Notes: generated by a model from the sequence alone, not told the origin. 64,000 nucleotides of DNA from Bacteroidota bacterium (GCA_014584605.1 JACTMO010000053.1:25792-89791), one strand, 5' to 3'. Counted from the first letter of the stretch, positions 8,326 to 18,227 are shown. Made by a program: numbers and translations.

Positions 8326-11300
8326 CTACTTGATACGGTCAAAAGTAAGGAAATAGCGCACCCCGGGGCCATCGTGGCGATCCAGCCGCGCATCGAGCTG
8401 TTCGGTCAGGGAGGCCACCAATTGCAGGCCGAGGTTGGCATCCCGTCCGGGATCGAACCCCTCGGGCATGCCGATACCGTCGTCGACCACGCCGATGGTG
8501 ACGCGGCCACCGGCGCTGACAAGACTGATCTCGATGGAGCCTCCGGCACCATCGGGGTAACCGTGCTTGAGGGCGTTGCTGATGAGCTCGTTGAGGATCA
8601 GCCCGCAGGGTATGGCCTGGTCCAGCACCAGGTCCACCTTTTGCAGGTCGGTGCGCAGTTCCACCTTGCCGCCGAGGCTGTAGCTGATCACCAGGTTGCG
8701 GGCCAGCCGGTCGATGTAGGTGGCCAGGTCCACGCTGCTGAAGGTCTTGTTCTGATACAGGCTTTCGTGGATGAAGCTCATCGAGCGGATGCGGTCCTGG
8801 CTTTCGCGGATCAGGTCGAGCATGCGCTGATCGTGCCCCACGTAGGCGGTCTGTAGGTTGAGGATGCTGCTGATGATCTGCAGGTTGTTCTTGACACGAT
8901 GGTGGACCTCCTTGAGCAGCACCTCGTTCTCCCGGAGGCGCTCGATCAGTTGTTGCTGGGCCTCCTTCTTGTCGGTGGTGCCGTACGCCAGGCAGCTGAT
9001 CTCGGCCACCTGTCCGTCCACCCGGATGGGGTTCAGGAAGTTCTCGACCCAGCGACTGTGGCCGTCGTTGTCGCGCATCTCCACCTCGAACTGTCTGGGC
9101 CGGCCCTTCATGGCGGCCTCATAATGGGCGCGGATCGCACGGCGCTCGGCCGGTGCCACGCGCTCCAGCATGTGCTCCAGGAAGGCATCGCCCACCTGCG
9201 GGGTGTAGCCCAAGGCCTCCGTGCTGCTGTCGCGGAAATGGTCGTTCAGCGCGGTGATCCGGAAATCGCGGTCCAGGGTCCAGACCATCATGTTGGCGCT
9301 GTTCTCGAAGATCGCCGTGAGGCGGGCGGCCTGTTCGCGCACCGTGCGCTCGGCCAGCTTCTGCTCGGTGATCTCGTGCCCCACACCGAACACCTCGCGC
9401 ACCTTTCCGTCGGCGCTGAGCACCGGGCTCAGAAAGACCTCGTTGCTCACGAACCGCCCCTGGGCGTCCGCGAGCTCGGTCTCGAAACGAAGCGGCTTCC
9501 CGGCGAAGGCCTCCCTGTACTTCGCCTCCCAGAAGGCGTGGTAGGTGTCGTTGGCGAACCGTTTGCGGGGGCCCTTGCCGTCGGGGTCCAGTTCGGGGCT
9601 CCTGCCGTACAGACGCACGATCATCTGCTCATAGCCCTTGTTGAAGCTGGTGAGCGCGATGCGCTCATTCACGCTCCAGAACATGTGCTCGCTGCTCTCG
9701 AACAGGGCCCGCAGCTTGGCCTCCTGCCGTTCGGCCAGCCTGCGGGCCTCCTCCTCCCGGGTGACGTTGCGATAGATGCCCCGGGTGGCCACCGGGCGCC
9801 CGTCCACCATGCGCACGCTGCGACCGCCCTCCACAGTGACCTCGCGCCCATCCCGAGCAACGAGCACCGTGGTGACCGGACCGCCCGCGCCGCCCTTGAG
9901 GTCCTCCTCGAACCGGGTGCGGTACGCGTCGCGATAGGCCGGATGCACCACGTCCCACACGGTGAGCGCGGCGACCTCCTGTTCGGTATAACCGAGGGTG
10001 TCACGCCAGGCCTTGTTCACATACTCGAACCGCCCGTTGGGCGTCACGCTCTGGATCAGGTCGGTGGCGTTCTCGAAGAGATCGCGGTAGCGTTCCTCGC
10101 TGGCGCGCAGAGCCTCCTGGTCGCGCTTGGCGTGCGTGATGTCGCGGCTCACACCCATGCTGCCGAGCAGGGTTCCTTGCTCGTCGTACAGCCGGGATGC
10201 GGCCAGGAAGGTGAGGAAGACCTCGCCCTGGCGATCGATGTTCTGGACCTCGCCGGCAAAGGCCCCGTGCGCGTTGAGCTCGGCCTGGACGCGTTGGTAG
10301 TCCTCCGGACGGGCATAGAGCATGCGCGAATGCCTGCCCATCACCTCTTCGGCCTCGTAGCCGAAGCGCACCATGGCGGCCGGATTGAACTCGCTGATGT
10401 GCCCGGCCTCGTCGACGGCGATGATCATGTCCAGGGAGCTGTCCACCAGGCTTCGCGCAAAGCGGCGTGAGCGGCGCAGCTCCTCCTGGGTGCGGCGGTG
10501 GTCCATGATCTCCTGCCGCAGCACCCGGTTCACCTCCTCGGCCATCTGGGCGCGTAGTCCCACCGCCAGGGTGGCGCGCATGCGCACGGCATCGTGCAGC
10601 TGGACCTGCAGGGCCTCGGCACCCTCGTGGAAACTGCGCGCGGCCGACAACAGCACCAGCGAGGTGGACCCGTTGGCGCGCAGCATCTCCAGTTCCACGG
10701 CAGGGCTTTCGCCGCTGTGGTACGCCTCCTCCAGGTTGGCGGCCAGGGCCTCGCGATGTGCGGGCTCCACCGCGTCGGACAGCCATGTTCCCGTGAACGC
10801 GCGACCCACCAGTTGATCGGCGGCCGGGTTGGCATAGCGCACCCGGCCTTCCTGCACGATGAGGATGCCCTCCGGGGCCTTTTCCACCAGGCGCCGGTAG
10901 TTGTCCAGCAACGCCTGCTGCTCCAGCTCGGCCTGTACCTGATGGGAGCGGTCGATCAGCGTTCCGGCGATGGTGGTGGTCCCCTCCTGCGATCGGTCCA
11001 GGAACACGTTCTCCAGCACATGCACGGTACGACCGCTGGCATGACGCAGACGGATGGTGTGGTTGATGAGATGGCCCCGGTCGGTGAGCTCTTCCAGGTA
11101 CTCCGCACGGTCCCTTTCATCCACGTACAGGGTCCGTGCATCCACGCGCATCAATGCCTCGCGGTCCGCGTAGCCCAGGATCCGTGCCATCGAGGCATTA
11201 CATTCCAGGAACCTGCCGTCCAGTGTGGTCCGGAAGACCCCCGCCATGTTGCGTTCCACCAGGTCCTCGTACTGCCTGCGCAGGTACATATAGACCTTGG

Positions 11301-11346
11301 CCAGCTCCTGGCTGCGCTCCCCATCGCCTCCATCCCGTCGGCTCAT
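8326..11346 (-). CDS. Multi-PAS sensor histidine kinase, HisKA_2 type
   Basis: 1006 aa. Several PAS/PAC repeats. C-terminal HisKA_2 signature ([18 protein letters not shown]) and HATPase_c (LILNELISNALKHG...DDGIGMP). No obvious TM segment, so a cytoplasmic sensor. Forms an operon with the downstream LytTR regulator. Confidence 0.85.
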   Translation of the reverse strand: MSRRDGGDGERSQELAKVYMYLRRQYEDLVERNMAGVFRTTLDGRFLECNASMARILGYADREALMRVDARTLYVDERDRAEYLEELTDRGHLINHTIRLRHASGRTVHVLENVFLDRSQEGTTTIAGTLIDRSHQVQAELEQQALLDNYRRLVEKAPEGILIVQEGRVRYANPAADQLVGRAFTGTWLSDAVEPAHREALAANLEEAYHSGESPAVELEMLRANGSTSLVLLSAARSFHEGAEALQVQLHDAVRMRATLAVGLRAQMAEEVNRVLRQEIMDHRRTQEELRRSRRFARSLVDSSLDMIIAVDEAGHISEFNPAAMVRFGYEAEEVMGRHSRMLYARPEDYQRVQAELNAHGAFAGEVQNIDRQGEVFLTFLAASRLYDEQGTLLGSMGVSRDITHAKRDQEALRASEERYRDLFENATDLIQSVTPNGRFEYVNKAWRDTLGYTEQEVAALTVWDVVHPAYRDAYRTRFEEDLKGGAGGPVTTVLVARDGREVTVEGGRSVRMVDGRPVATRGIYRNVTREEEARRLAERQEAKLRALFESSEHMFWSVNERIALTSFNKGYEQMIVRLYGRSPELDPDGKGPRKRFANDTYHAFWEAKYREAFAGKPLRFETELADAQGRFVSNEVFLSPVLSADGKVREVFGVGHEITEQKLAERTVREQAARLTAIFENSANMMVWTLDRDFRITALNDHFRDSSTEALGYTPQVGDAFLEHMLERVAPAERRAIRAHYEAAMKGRPRQFEVEMRDNDGHSRWVENFLNPIRVDGQVAEISCLAYGTTDKKEAQQQLIERLRENEVLLKEVHHRVKNNLQIISSILNLQTAYVGHDQRMLDLIRESQDRIRSMSFIHESLYQNKTFSSVDLATYIDRLARNLVISYSLGGKVELRTDLQKVDLVLDQAIPCGLILNELISNALKHGYPDGAGGSIEISLVSAGGRVTIGVVDDGIGMPEGFDPGRDANLGLQLVASLTEQLDARLDRHDGPGVRYFLTFDRIK

Positions 11347-11391
11347 GGGGTCGAACTTACGCCACAGACCTGCGGGATCGGAAAGGTCTTC

Positions 11392-12921
11392 TCAGGGCGC
11401 CACATCATCGGTGCCGTAAGGCGGCGGCACCCGTGTACCATCGATGCGCACCTCCTGGCCGTCCTTGTACCGGATGGTGATCAGCAGCTGGCCTTCGGGC
11501 GACCAGTGCTCGAAATCGCCCTGCTGCAGGCCCATCGCATAGCGGCCTTCCAAGCGCAACTGGCCGTTGGGCCACCAGGAGCGGTGGCGGCCGTTGGGCT
11601 CGCCGCCCACGTAGGAACCCTCGAAACTGCGTTTGCCGTTCTCGTAGGTGTGGCGCCACTCTCCTTCCTTGAGGCCGTCCCTGTACACACCTTCCTCGGT
11701 GTGGTCGCCCACCCGGTAGAACCACTGGCCTTCGCGTTTGCCGTCGATGTACTCGCCCTGGGTGATCACCCCGCCCTCCTCGTCGTACTCCACGGATGCA
11801 CCGTCCTCACGGCCCTTGCGATAGTTCTCTTCACGGTGGAGCTTACCGCTCTCGTAGAACCACTTCCATAGGTTCTGGGCCATGCCCGCCTGGTACCGAC
11901 CCTTCTGCTCCACGGCACCACTGCGGTGAAAGAAGGTCCACTCCCCTTCCCGCTTGCCGTCCTTGTACTCCCCTTCAGCCCGCTTCTCGCCGGTGGCATA
12001 GTACTCCGTCCAGGCACCCTGGGGCACACCGCGCTCGTCCACCGGTCCCTCCCGCATCAGCCTGTCATCGGTGTAGATCGCGGCCGTGCGCACATGGCCC
12101 TGCTCATCGAACTCCCGGAAGAGCCCTTCGCGCCTACCCTGCTTGCTGTAACTTCCGATGCTGGCCACACGACCGTTCGAGTGGTAGGTGTTCTTGATCG
12201 TGAGCGTCATGGCCGCACGGGACCCGGAATCCACCTGGTCCTGGTCGTACTTCACCATCTGCTTGAGGCTCCCGGCGCTGTCATACTCTTTGTAGATGCC
12301 CTGACGCTTGCCGTCCACATAGGTGCACTCCCATTTCACCTTGCCGTTGGGATGGAACTCCTTCCACGGTCCCTGCCTCAGGCCGGCCTCATCGATCCGG
12401 TTGATCGCCTCACGCTTGCGCAGCATCCCCGCGCCATAGGTCAGCAAGGCCACCAGGCGGCCATCCTCGGCGTATTCGTAGCCACGGCCCTCTTCCAGAC
12501 CACCCTTGTAGGGCACCACCTTGTGCACCTGCCCGTTGGGATGGAAATAGCTGCTGTTCCCCTCGCGCACATCGTCCACGAAAAGCTCCTCGCTCACCAG
12601 GACGCCCGAAGCATCGTACTTGCGCTGGGCACCGTTCTTGCGGCCGTCGGCGTACTGGATCGTGGAGCTCAACCAGCCCTCCGGTGCGTAGAACTTCCAA
12701 AGGCTGTCCAGTTGGAACCGTACGCGGCCTCCTTCGGACCGCAACACCCCGTTCTCGTAGTAGGTCTTCCAGTAGCCCTCCGGCTTGCCGTCCACCAACA
12801 TCCCTTCGCTGCTGACGGTTCCATTGGCGTGGTGGTATTGCGTGTAGCCGTCCTGACCGGCCGCCACAAAGGTGTGGCTCAGCGCTCCGATGGCGACGAT
12901 CACCCGAATTCTTGCAAGCAT
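11392..12921 (-). CDS. MORN-repeat (YwqK/MORN-variant) secreted protein
   Basis: ~509 aa after the signal peptide (MLARIRVIVAIGALSHTFVAAGQDG). More than 15 tandem MORN-variant repeats (Y..G...G....YY.NG.L..EG.Y.DGK..G.W). 45 bp upstream of the kinase gene on the same strand. Confidence 0.7.
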   Translation of the reverse strand: MLARIRVIVAIGALSHTFVAAGQDGYTQYHHANGTVSSEGMLVDGKPEGYWKTYYENGVLRSEGGRVRFQLDSLWKFYAPEGWLSSTIQYADGRKNGAQRKYDASGVLVSEELFVDDVREGNSSYFHPNGQVHKVVPYKGGLEEGRGYEYAEDGRLVALLTYGAGMLRKREAINRIDEAGLRQGPWKEFHPNGKVKWECTYVDGKRQGIYKEYDSAGSLKQMVKYDQDQVDSGSRAAMTLTIKNTYHSNGRVASIGSYSKQGRREGLFREFDEQGHVRTAAIYTDDRLMREGPVDERGVPQGAWTEYYATGEKRAEGEYKDGKREGEWTFFHRSGAVEQKGRYQAGMAQNLWKWFYESGKLHREENYRKGREDGASVEYDEEGGVITQGEYIDGKREGQWFYRVGDHTEEGVYRDGLKEGEWRHTYENGKRSFEGSYVGGEPNGRHRSWWPNGQLRLEGRYAMGLQQGDFEHWSPEGQLLITIRYKDGQEVRIDGTRVPPPYGTDDVAP

Positions 12922-13346
12922 CCCATGAACACTTTTCTTAAAAAAGAATGGTGATATGATAGGGGCTGTGGACAAGGTGGATGATCCGTTGGTGCCTGGC
13001 TTGCAGGAACGGGTTATCAAAAGTAGTTCACCGGTACGGTGGGTCCCTGTGGAAAGCGAGGTCTTCTGCAAGGCAAGGTGGACGCGGAACAGGCATCGGT
13101 CATCCATGATCGTGGAGAACCGGGCCGATGGCCCATGGTGGATAACTCAGTGGCATGCATCCGTGCTCCGGCGGTGCATGATCCGGTGGACATCGCGGTA
13201 GAAGTTCCGCTTGCTGTTGACAAGGGGATCGCTTATGGCGATGTGGAAAGATCACCGGCCACAAAAGTTGCTGGTCTTTCATCAACAGGGGTCCACCGCG
13301 ATCGACAGGGGGATCGTGGACAAGTGCTCCGGGGTATCTTTGAGGC
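12922..13346. promoter_or_regulatory. Large divergent intergenic region with a cluster of DnaA-box-like motifs, GATC sites and an AT-rich block (candidate oriC or DnaA-regulated region)
   Basis: AT-rich stretch at 12931-12960. Perfect TGTGGACAA (= TTGTCCACA) at 12967-12975. GTGGATAAC at ~13139-13147. GTGGACAAG at ~13317-13325. Additional 7/9 matches (TGTGGAAAG twice, GTGGAGAAC, GTGGACAT). Seven GATC sites. 425 bp is unusually long for this compact region. Confidence 0.3.
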
Positions 13347-13784
13347 ATGGCACAACACATCGCCATTGGCGGCGACCATGCGGGCGTGGACCTCAAGCAC
13401 GCGGTGAAGGATCACCTGCGTGCCCGGGGTGCGGAGGTGATCGACAAGGGTACGCACATACGGGAGAGCGTGGATTATCCGGACCATGCCCATGCCGTGG
13501 CCGCCGCGGTGGCCGGGGACCAGGTGGAGCTGGGCATCCTGATCTGCGGCAGCGGCAACGGGGTGGCCATCACCGCCAACAAGCATAAGGGGGTGCGTGC
13601 GGCCCTGGCCTGGACCCCCGAACTGGGGCGGCTGGCCCGTGAACACAACAACGCCAATGTGCTGGCCCTGCCTGCACGCTTCGTGACCACCGAGCAGGCC
13701 CTGGCCATCGTGGACGCATTCCTTGACGCGCATTTCGAAGGTGGCCGCCATCAATTGCGGGTGGCGAAGATCGAGCCGGCATGA
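13347..13784 (+). CDS. rpiB: Ribose-5-phosphate isomerase B
   Basis: 145 aa. RpiB/LacAB motifs (IAIGGDHAG, ILICGSGNGVAITANK, RAAL). Confidence 0.9.
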   Translation: MAQHIAIGGDHAGVDLKHAVKDHLRARGAEVIDKGTHIRESVDYPDHAHAVAAAVAGDQVELGILICGSGNGVAITANKHKGVRAALAWTPELGRLAREHNNANVLALPARFVTTEQALAIVDAFLDAHFEGGRHQLRVAKIEPA

Positions 13785-15343
13785 AGGGCTGCTCGAGGTG
13801 GGTCTTGGTCCTGCTGACCTTGGCCGGCCTGCCGGCAACGGCACAGGTGGACAGCGCTGCGCTGCGCTATGCGGGCACCATCACTGCGGGCGACCTGATG
13901 CGCCATCTCGAGGTGCTGGCCAGCGATGCCTACGAAGGGCGGGAGACCGGCCAGCGGGGGCAGAAGATGGCCGCCGAATACCTGCGCGAGCAGTTCCGGT
14001 CCTACGGCATTCCACCGGTACCCGGTGGCGATACGCTGGGCGTTGAGGAAGGCTATTTCCAACCCTTCGTGCTGGAAGTGCGGCGCCCGGGCGGTGTCCT
14101 GCTTACCGTGGCGGGACGTCCCTATCGGTTCATGGAGGGCATGTTCTATTTCAACGAGCGGTTGGAAGGGGAATTGCGGGTGCAGGAACTGGTGGTCGTG
14201 GTGGCTACTGCGGCCCGACCTTCAGAGCTCCTGCAAGGTGTGGACCTGAAGGGCAAGGGACTGCTGGTGCTCCAGGACGGTCGCAACCGGGAGCAGGTAC
14301 TGAACGTGCTCAGCAACTGGACCGCGGCGGCCGAGACGGCCGGAGCAGCGGCATTGCTTTTTGCACCCGATCGGTACGATGCCCTGCACGCCACGTACGA
14401 GCACTACCTCACCGGCCCGCGCATGCGCCTGGCCGGTGAGGATGGGGCTGCTGGGAAAAAGGACCAACGGCCCGCGCTGCAGGCCCTGATCGTGGACGCG
14501 GCGCTCCGCGATGCGCTGTTGGAACGTCTCGGGCTCGAGCATCGGCGCCTGCTGCGCAAGGCCCGGCGAAGACCCGTCGCACAAAGCGGCCCGATCGACC
14601 TGACGTTGTCCGGCACACCGCTGCGGAGCAGGCTCATCAGCGAGAATGTGCTGGCCTATGTGGAAGGGAGCGACAAGAAGGATGAGCTGGTGGTGGTCAC
14701 TGCGCACTACGACCACATCGGCAAGGACGGTGGCGAGGTGTACAACGGAGCGGACGATGATGGCAGCGGCACGGTGGCCGTGCTGGAGATGGCCGAGGCC
14801 TTCGCCTGGGCGAAGGCCGAAGGGCATGGGCCCCGGCGCAGCGTGCTTCTCATGCCGGTGAGCGCCGAAGAGAAGGGCCTGCTCGGCTCACAGTATTACA
14901 GCATGCATCCGGTCTTTCCCCTGGAGCGCACCGTGGCCAACCTGAACATCGACATGATCGGGCGACGGGACAGCGCGCATGCCGCCAGCTCCCCTTATGT
15001 GTATGTGATCGGCAGCGACCGCATGAGCAGTGAACTGCACGCGATCAACGAGCGGGCGAACAGCACCTACACCAGCCTGGAATTGGACTACACCTTCAAC
15101 GCGCCGGACGATCCCAACAAGTACTACTACCGGAGCGACCACTACAATTTCGCCCGCAACGGGGTGCCGGCCATCTTCTATTTCAGCGGGGTCCACGAGG
15201 ACTACCATGGCCCGCACGACGAGGTGGACAAGATCCTGCCGGACCTGCTGGAACAGCGCACCCGCCTGGTGTTCCACACAGCCTGGTTGCTGGCCAACCG
15301 ACCGGAGCGGATCGTCGCGGACCGGCCCGAGGGCGGCCGGTGA
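13781..15343 (+). CDS. M28-family peptidase with PA domain, secreted (paralog of the 982..2460 gene)
   Basis: 520 aa. Signal peptide. M28 motifs (VVVTAHYDHIGKDG...NGADDDGSG, MPVSAEEKGLLGS, HEDYHGPHDE). Overlaps the rpiB stop by 4 bp (ATGA). Confidence 0.8.
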   Translation: MKGCSRWVLVLLTLAGLPATAQVDSAALRYAGTITAGDLMRHLEVLASDAYEGRETGQRGQKMAAEYLREQFRSYGIPPVPGGDTLGVEEGYFQPFVLEVRRPGGVLLTVAGRPYRFMEGMFYFNERLEGELRVQELVVVVATAARPSELLQGVDLKGKGLLVLQDGRNREQVLNVLSNWTAAAETAGAAALLFAPDRYDALHATYEHYLTGPRMRLAGEDGAAGKKDQRPALQALIVDAALRDALLERLGLEHRRLLRKARRRPVAQSGPIDLTLSGTPLRSRLISENVLAYVEGSDKKDELVVVTAHYDHIGKDGGEVYNGADDDGSGTVAVLEMAEAFAWAKAEGHGPRRSVLLMPVSAEEKGLLGSQYYSMHPVFPLERTVANLNIDMIGRRDSAHAASSPYVYVIGSDRMSSELHAINERANSTYTSLELDYTFNAPDDPNKYYYRSDHYNFARNGVPAIFYFSGVHEDYHGPHDEVDKILPDLLEQRTRLVFHTAWLLANRPERIVADRPEGGR

Positions 15344-15346
15344 GGT

Positions 15347-16597
15347 TCAGGGGGTGGGAGCTGCTTCGGCCAGCAGGTCCTGCAGAAAGCGCTCCAGGTT
15401 GCGCTTGTAATGGGTGTAGTGCTCCCCAGTGCCCGGTCCGTAGAAACCCGTCCGGATGCGCCTTACCCGGCCGCCGCGGTCGATGAAGATGCAGGTGGGA
15501 TAGCCCATCACATGGTCCAGGAAGGGCAGTTTGGCACTGGCCACCTCCTTGTTGGCATTGCCGGCGTAAACGATGGGGTATTGCACGCCGAGGCGGTCGC
15601 GGAAGTGCCGCAGGGCGTTCAAGGAGCGCGCCTCGTCCTCATACTTCTCGAAGGCGATGGCGATCACCTCCAGGCCTGCGGTCCGGTACTTGCCGTAGAG
15701 CTCGTCCAGCAGCACGGTCTCGTCCACACAGTTGGGGCACCAGCTGCCCATCACCTGCACCATGAGCACCTTGCCGGCGAAACGCGGGTCCTTGGGGCTC
15801 ACCGCTCCCCCATCGATGGACGGGAAACGGAAGTCCACCATGGCGTGGCCCTCCTTCAGGAAGGTGAGCGAATCGGGATCGCGCAACCGGAAGTCCGGGT
15901 CGCGTACGGCCAACCAGGGCTCCTGCCAGTGGGTGCCGCTCCAGTAGCGGCCCAGCAGGCTGTCGTTGCGCATCACGGCCTTGAACAGGAAGGCGTGCGA
16001 CCCGTCGAAGCAGGAGAGCTTCAGGGAGTCGTGGTCCACCACGCCCTCCAGGAAGCGATAATCACCTGTTTCCGTTCCGAAGGTGCCGGTGAGGTGGTCG
16101 TGGTCCTGGGTGAAGAGCCCCAGCGCATCGTAGGCCTCGGGCGATCCCGGGCTGAAGCGGGTACGCCATTGCCCGGAGAGGTCGCCCACAGGCCGGGCCA
16201 CCTCGGTGAACCGCGTGGCGTCGCCGGCCCGTGCGGTAAAGGCGATGCGGTAGTCGGGTCCCTTGAGGTGGTTGTGCCAGAACCCGGTGATGGTGCTGTC
16301 GTTCGGCAGATGGCCCCGGAACTCCGAATCGAAGAGGGGCATGCGCACCCGGATGGAATCGCCGAGCAGGGCGATGTCGTCCACGACGATGCGCTCCTCA
16401 CCGTTATGCACCACCATGCGCCATGCGCCGCTGTCCTGATGCAGGTCGAACAGGAAGGGCAGTTCCTCTCCGTTCAGGTCGAGCACCATGCGCCAGGGGC
16501 CGGTGCGCGGTGCCGGCAGCTGCCGGGTGGCCACGGAGGTGCAGCCGCCCAAGGCCAGGGCGAGGATGAGCGGGAACAGAGCGGTGTTCGGGGCCAT
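15347..16597 (-). CDS. TlpA-like thioredoxin-fold (redoxin) lipoprotein with an N-terminal beta-rich domain
   Basis: C-terminal thioredoxin fold with a CxxC motif (VMGSWCPNCVDE) and AhpC/TSA-like context. Predicted lipoprotein signal (MAPNTALFPLILALALGGC). Start at internal M69 so the gene does not overlap the downstream ALDH gene. Confidence 0.7.
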   Translation of the reverse strand: MAPNTALFPLILALALGGCTSVATRQLPAPRTGPWRMVLDLNGEELPFLFDLHQDSGAWRMVVHNGEERIVVDDIALLGDSIRVRMPLFDSEFRGHLPNDSTITGFWHNHLKGPDYRIAFTARAGDATRFTEVARPVGDLSGQWRTRFSPGSPEAYDALGLFTQDHDHLTGTFGTETGDYRFLEGVVDHDSLKLSCFDGSHAFLFKAVMRNDSLLGRYWSGTHWQEPWLAVRDPDFRLRDPDSLTFLKEGHAMVDFRFPSIDGGAVSPKDPRFAGKVLMVQVMGSWCPNCVDETVLLDELYGKYRTAGLEVIAIAFEKYEDEARSLNALRHFRDRLGVQYPIVYAGNANKEVASAKLPFLDHVMGYPTCIFIDRGGRVRRIRTGFYGPGTGEHYTHYKRNLERFLQDLLAEAAPTP

Positions 16598-16667
16598 GGA
16601 CCGGGCGGCAAAGCTATCCGAGCATGGTGCACGGGCCATGCACGCAAGTGGGGGGCACCGTGGAAGG

Positions 16668-18227
16668 CTACAGGTCGAAGCTGATGCCCTGGGCCAGCGG
16701 CAGCTTGGTACCGTGGTTGATGGTGTTGGTCTGGCGACGCATGTAGGCCTTCCAGGCGTCGCTGCCGCTCTCGCGGCCGCCGCCGGTCTCCTTCTCCCCA
16801 CCGAAGGCGCCCCCGATCTCTGCTCCGCTGGTGCCGATGTTCACGTTGGCGATGCCGCAATCGCTGCCGGCCGCGCCCAGGAAGCGTTCCGCCTCGCGCA
16901 GGTCCAGCGTCATGATGGCGCTGCTGAGGCCCTGCTTCACGTTGTTCTGGATGGCGATGGCCTCGTCGAGGTCGCCGTTGTAACGCAGCAGGTAGAGGAT
17001 CGGTGCGAAGGTCTCCTCCTGCACGATGGCCATGTCGGCCGTGGCCTCCACCACGGCGGGCTTCACGTAACAGCCGCTCTCATAGGGGCCGCCGCTCAGC
17101 ACAGCGCCCGGCACCACCAGGCGCCCACCCTGTTGTTCGGCGGCCTGCAAAGCGGCCTGGTACATGGCCACCGCCGCCTTGTCGATCAGCGGGCCCACGT
17201 GGTTGCGTTCGTCCAGCGGGTCGCCGATGCGCAGCTGCCCGTACGCGTTCACCAGTTTCTGTTTGAAGCTGTCGTACACCTTGTGGTGGATGATCAGGCG
17301 GCGGGTGCTGGTGCAGCGCTGGCCGGCGGTGCCCACCGCGCCGAACACACAGCCGATGAGGGCCATGTCCAGGTCGGCCTTGTCGCTGATGATGATGGCG
17401 TTGTTGCCCCCCAGCTCCAGCAACGCACGGCCCAGGCGTTGACCCACGGCGGCGCCCACGGCTTTGCCCATGCGCGTGCTGCCGGTGGCGCTCACCAGCG
17501 GGATGCGCACGTCATGGCTCATCCATTCGCCCACCTCGCGGCCGCCGTTGACGATGCAGCTCACCCCCTCCGGCACGCCGTTGCGTGCGAAGACGCGGGC
17601 GGTGATCTGCTGGCACGCAATGCTGCACAGGGGCGTCTTTTCGCTGGGCTTCCAAAGGGTGACATCGCCGCAGACCCATGCCAGTGCGGTGTTCCAGCTC
17701 CACACGGCCACCGGGAAGTTGAAGGCCGTGATGATGCCCACCGGTCCCACCGGATGCCATTGTTCGTACATGCGATGATCGGGGCGCTCGCTGTGCATGG
17801 TGAGTCCGTGCAGCTGGCGGCTCAAACCCACGGCGAAGTCGCAGATGTCGATCATCTCCTGAACTTCGCCCAGCCCCTCCTGGTAGCTCTTGCCCATCTC
17901 GTAGCTCACCAGTTTGCCCAAGGCGGTCTTGTGCTGCCGCAGCTCCTCGCCCAGCTGGCGTACCACTTCGCCGCGCTTGGGCGCGGGCCACTTGCGCCAT
18001 GCAACGAACGCCTGTTGCGCAGTCGTCAGCACCTGTTCGTACTCCGCTCGCGAAGCGCCGCGCACCGTGCCGATCAGTGCGCCATCGACCGGGCTGTGGC
18101 TCTCCAGCCCCTCGCCGGCGCCAGGCAGCCAGGTGTTCCCGGTGGACACGCCGGAGTTCAAGTCCTGAACGCCGAGGGAGCGAAGCAGGTCGCCGATCCG
18201 CTGGTCGGGGAGGGTGATGGTGGACAT
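16668..18227 (-). CDS. Aldehyde dehydrogenase, ALDH7 family (alpha-aminoadipic/piperideine-6-carboxylate semialdehyde dehydrogenase-like)
   Basis: 519 aa. ALDH catalytic Cys motif (GQRCTS) and Glu motif (LELGGNNA). Strong overall similarity to the antiquitin/AmaB-type family (MSTITLPDQ...WRKWPAPKRGE...). Confidence 0.85.
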   Translation of the reverse strand: MSTITLPDQRIGDLLRSLGVQDLNSGVSTGNTWLPGAGEGLESHSPVDGALIGTVRGASRAEYEQVLTTAQQAFVAWRKWPAPKRGEVVRQLGEELRQHKTALGKLVSYEMGKSYQEGLGEVQEMIDICDFAVGLSRQLHGLTMHSERPDHRMYEQWHPVGPVGIITAFNFPVAVWSWNTALAWVCGDVTLWKPSEKTPLCSIACQQITARVFARNGVPEGVSCIVNGGREVGEWMSHDVRIPLVSATGSTRMGKAVGAAVGQRLGRALLELGGNNAIIISDKADLDMALIGCVFGAVGTAGQRCTSTRRLIIHHKVYDSFKQKLVNAYGQLRIGDPLDERNHVGPLIDKAAVAMYQAALQAAEQQGGRLVVPGAVLSGGPYESGCYVKPAVVEATADMAIVQEETFAPILYLLRYNGDLDEAIAIQNNVKQGLSSAIMTLDLREAERFLGAAGSDCGIANVNIGTSGAEIGGAFGGEKETGGGRESGSDAWKAYMRRQTNTINHGTKLPLAQGISFDL

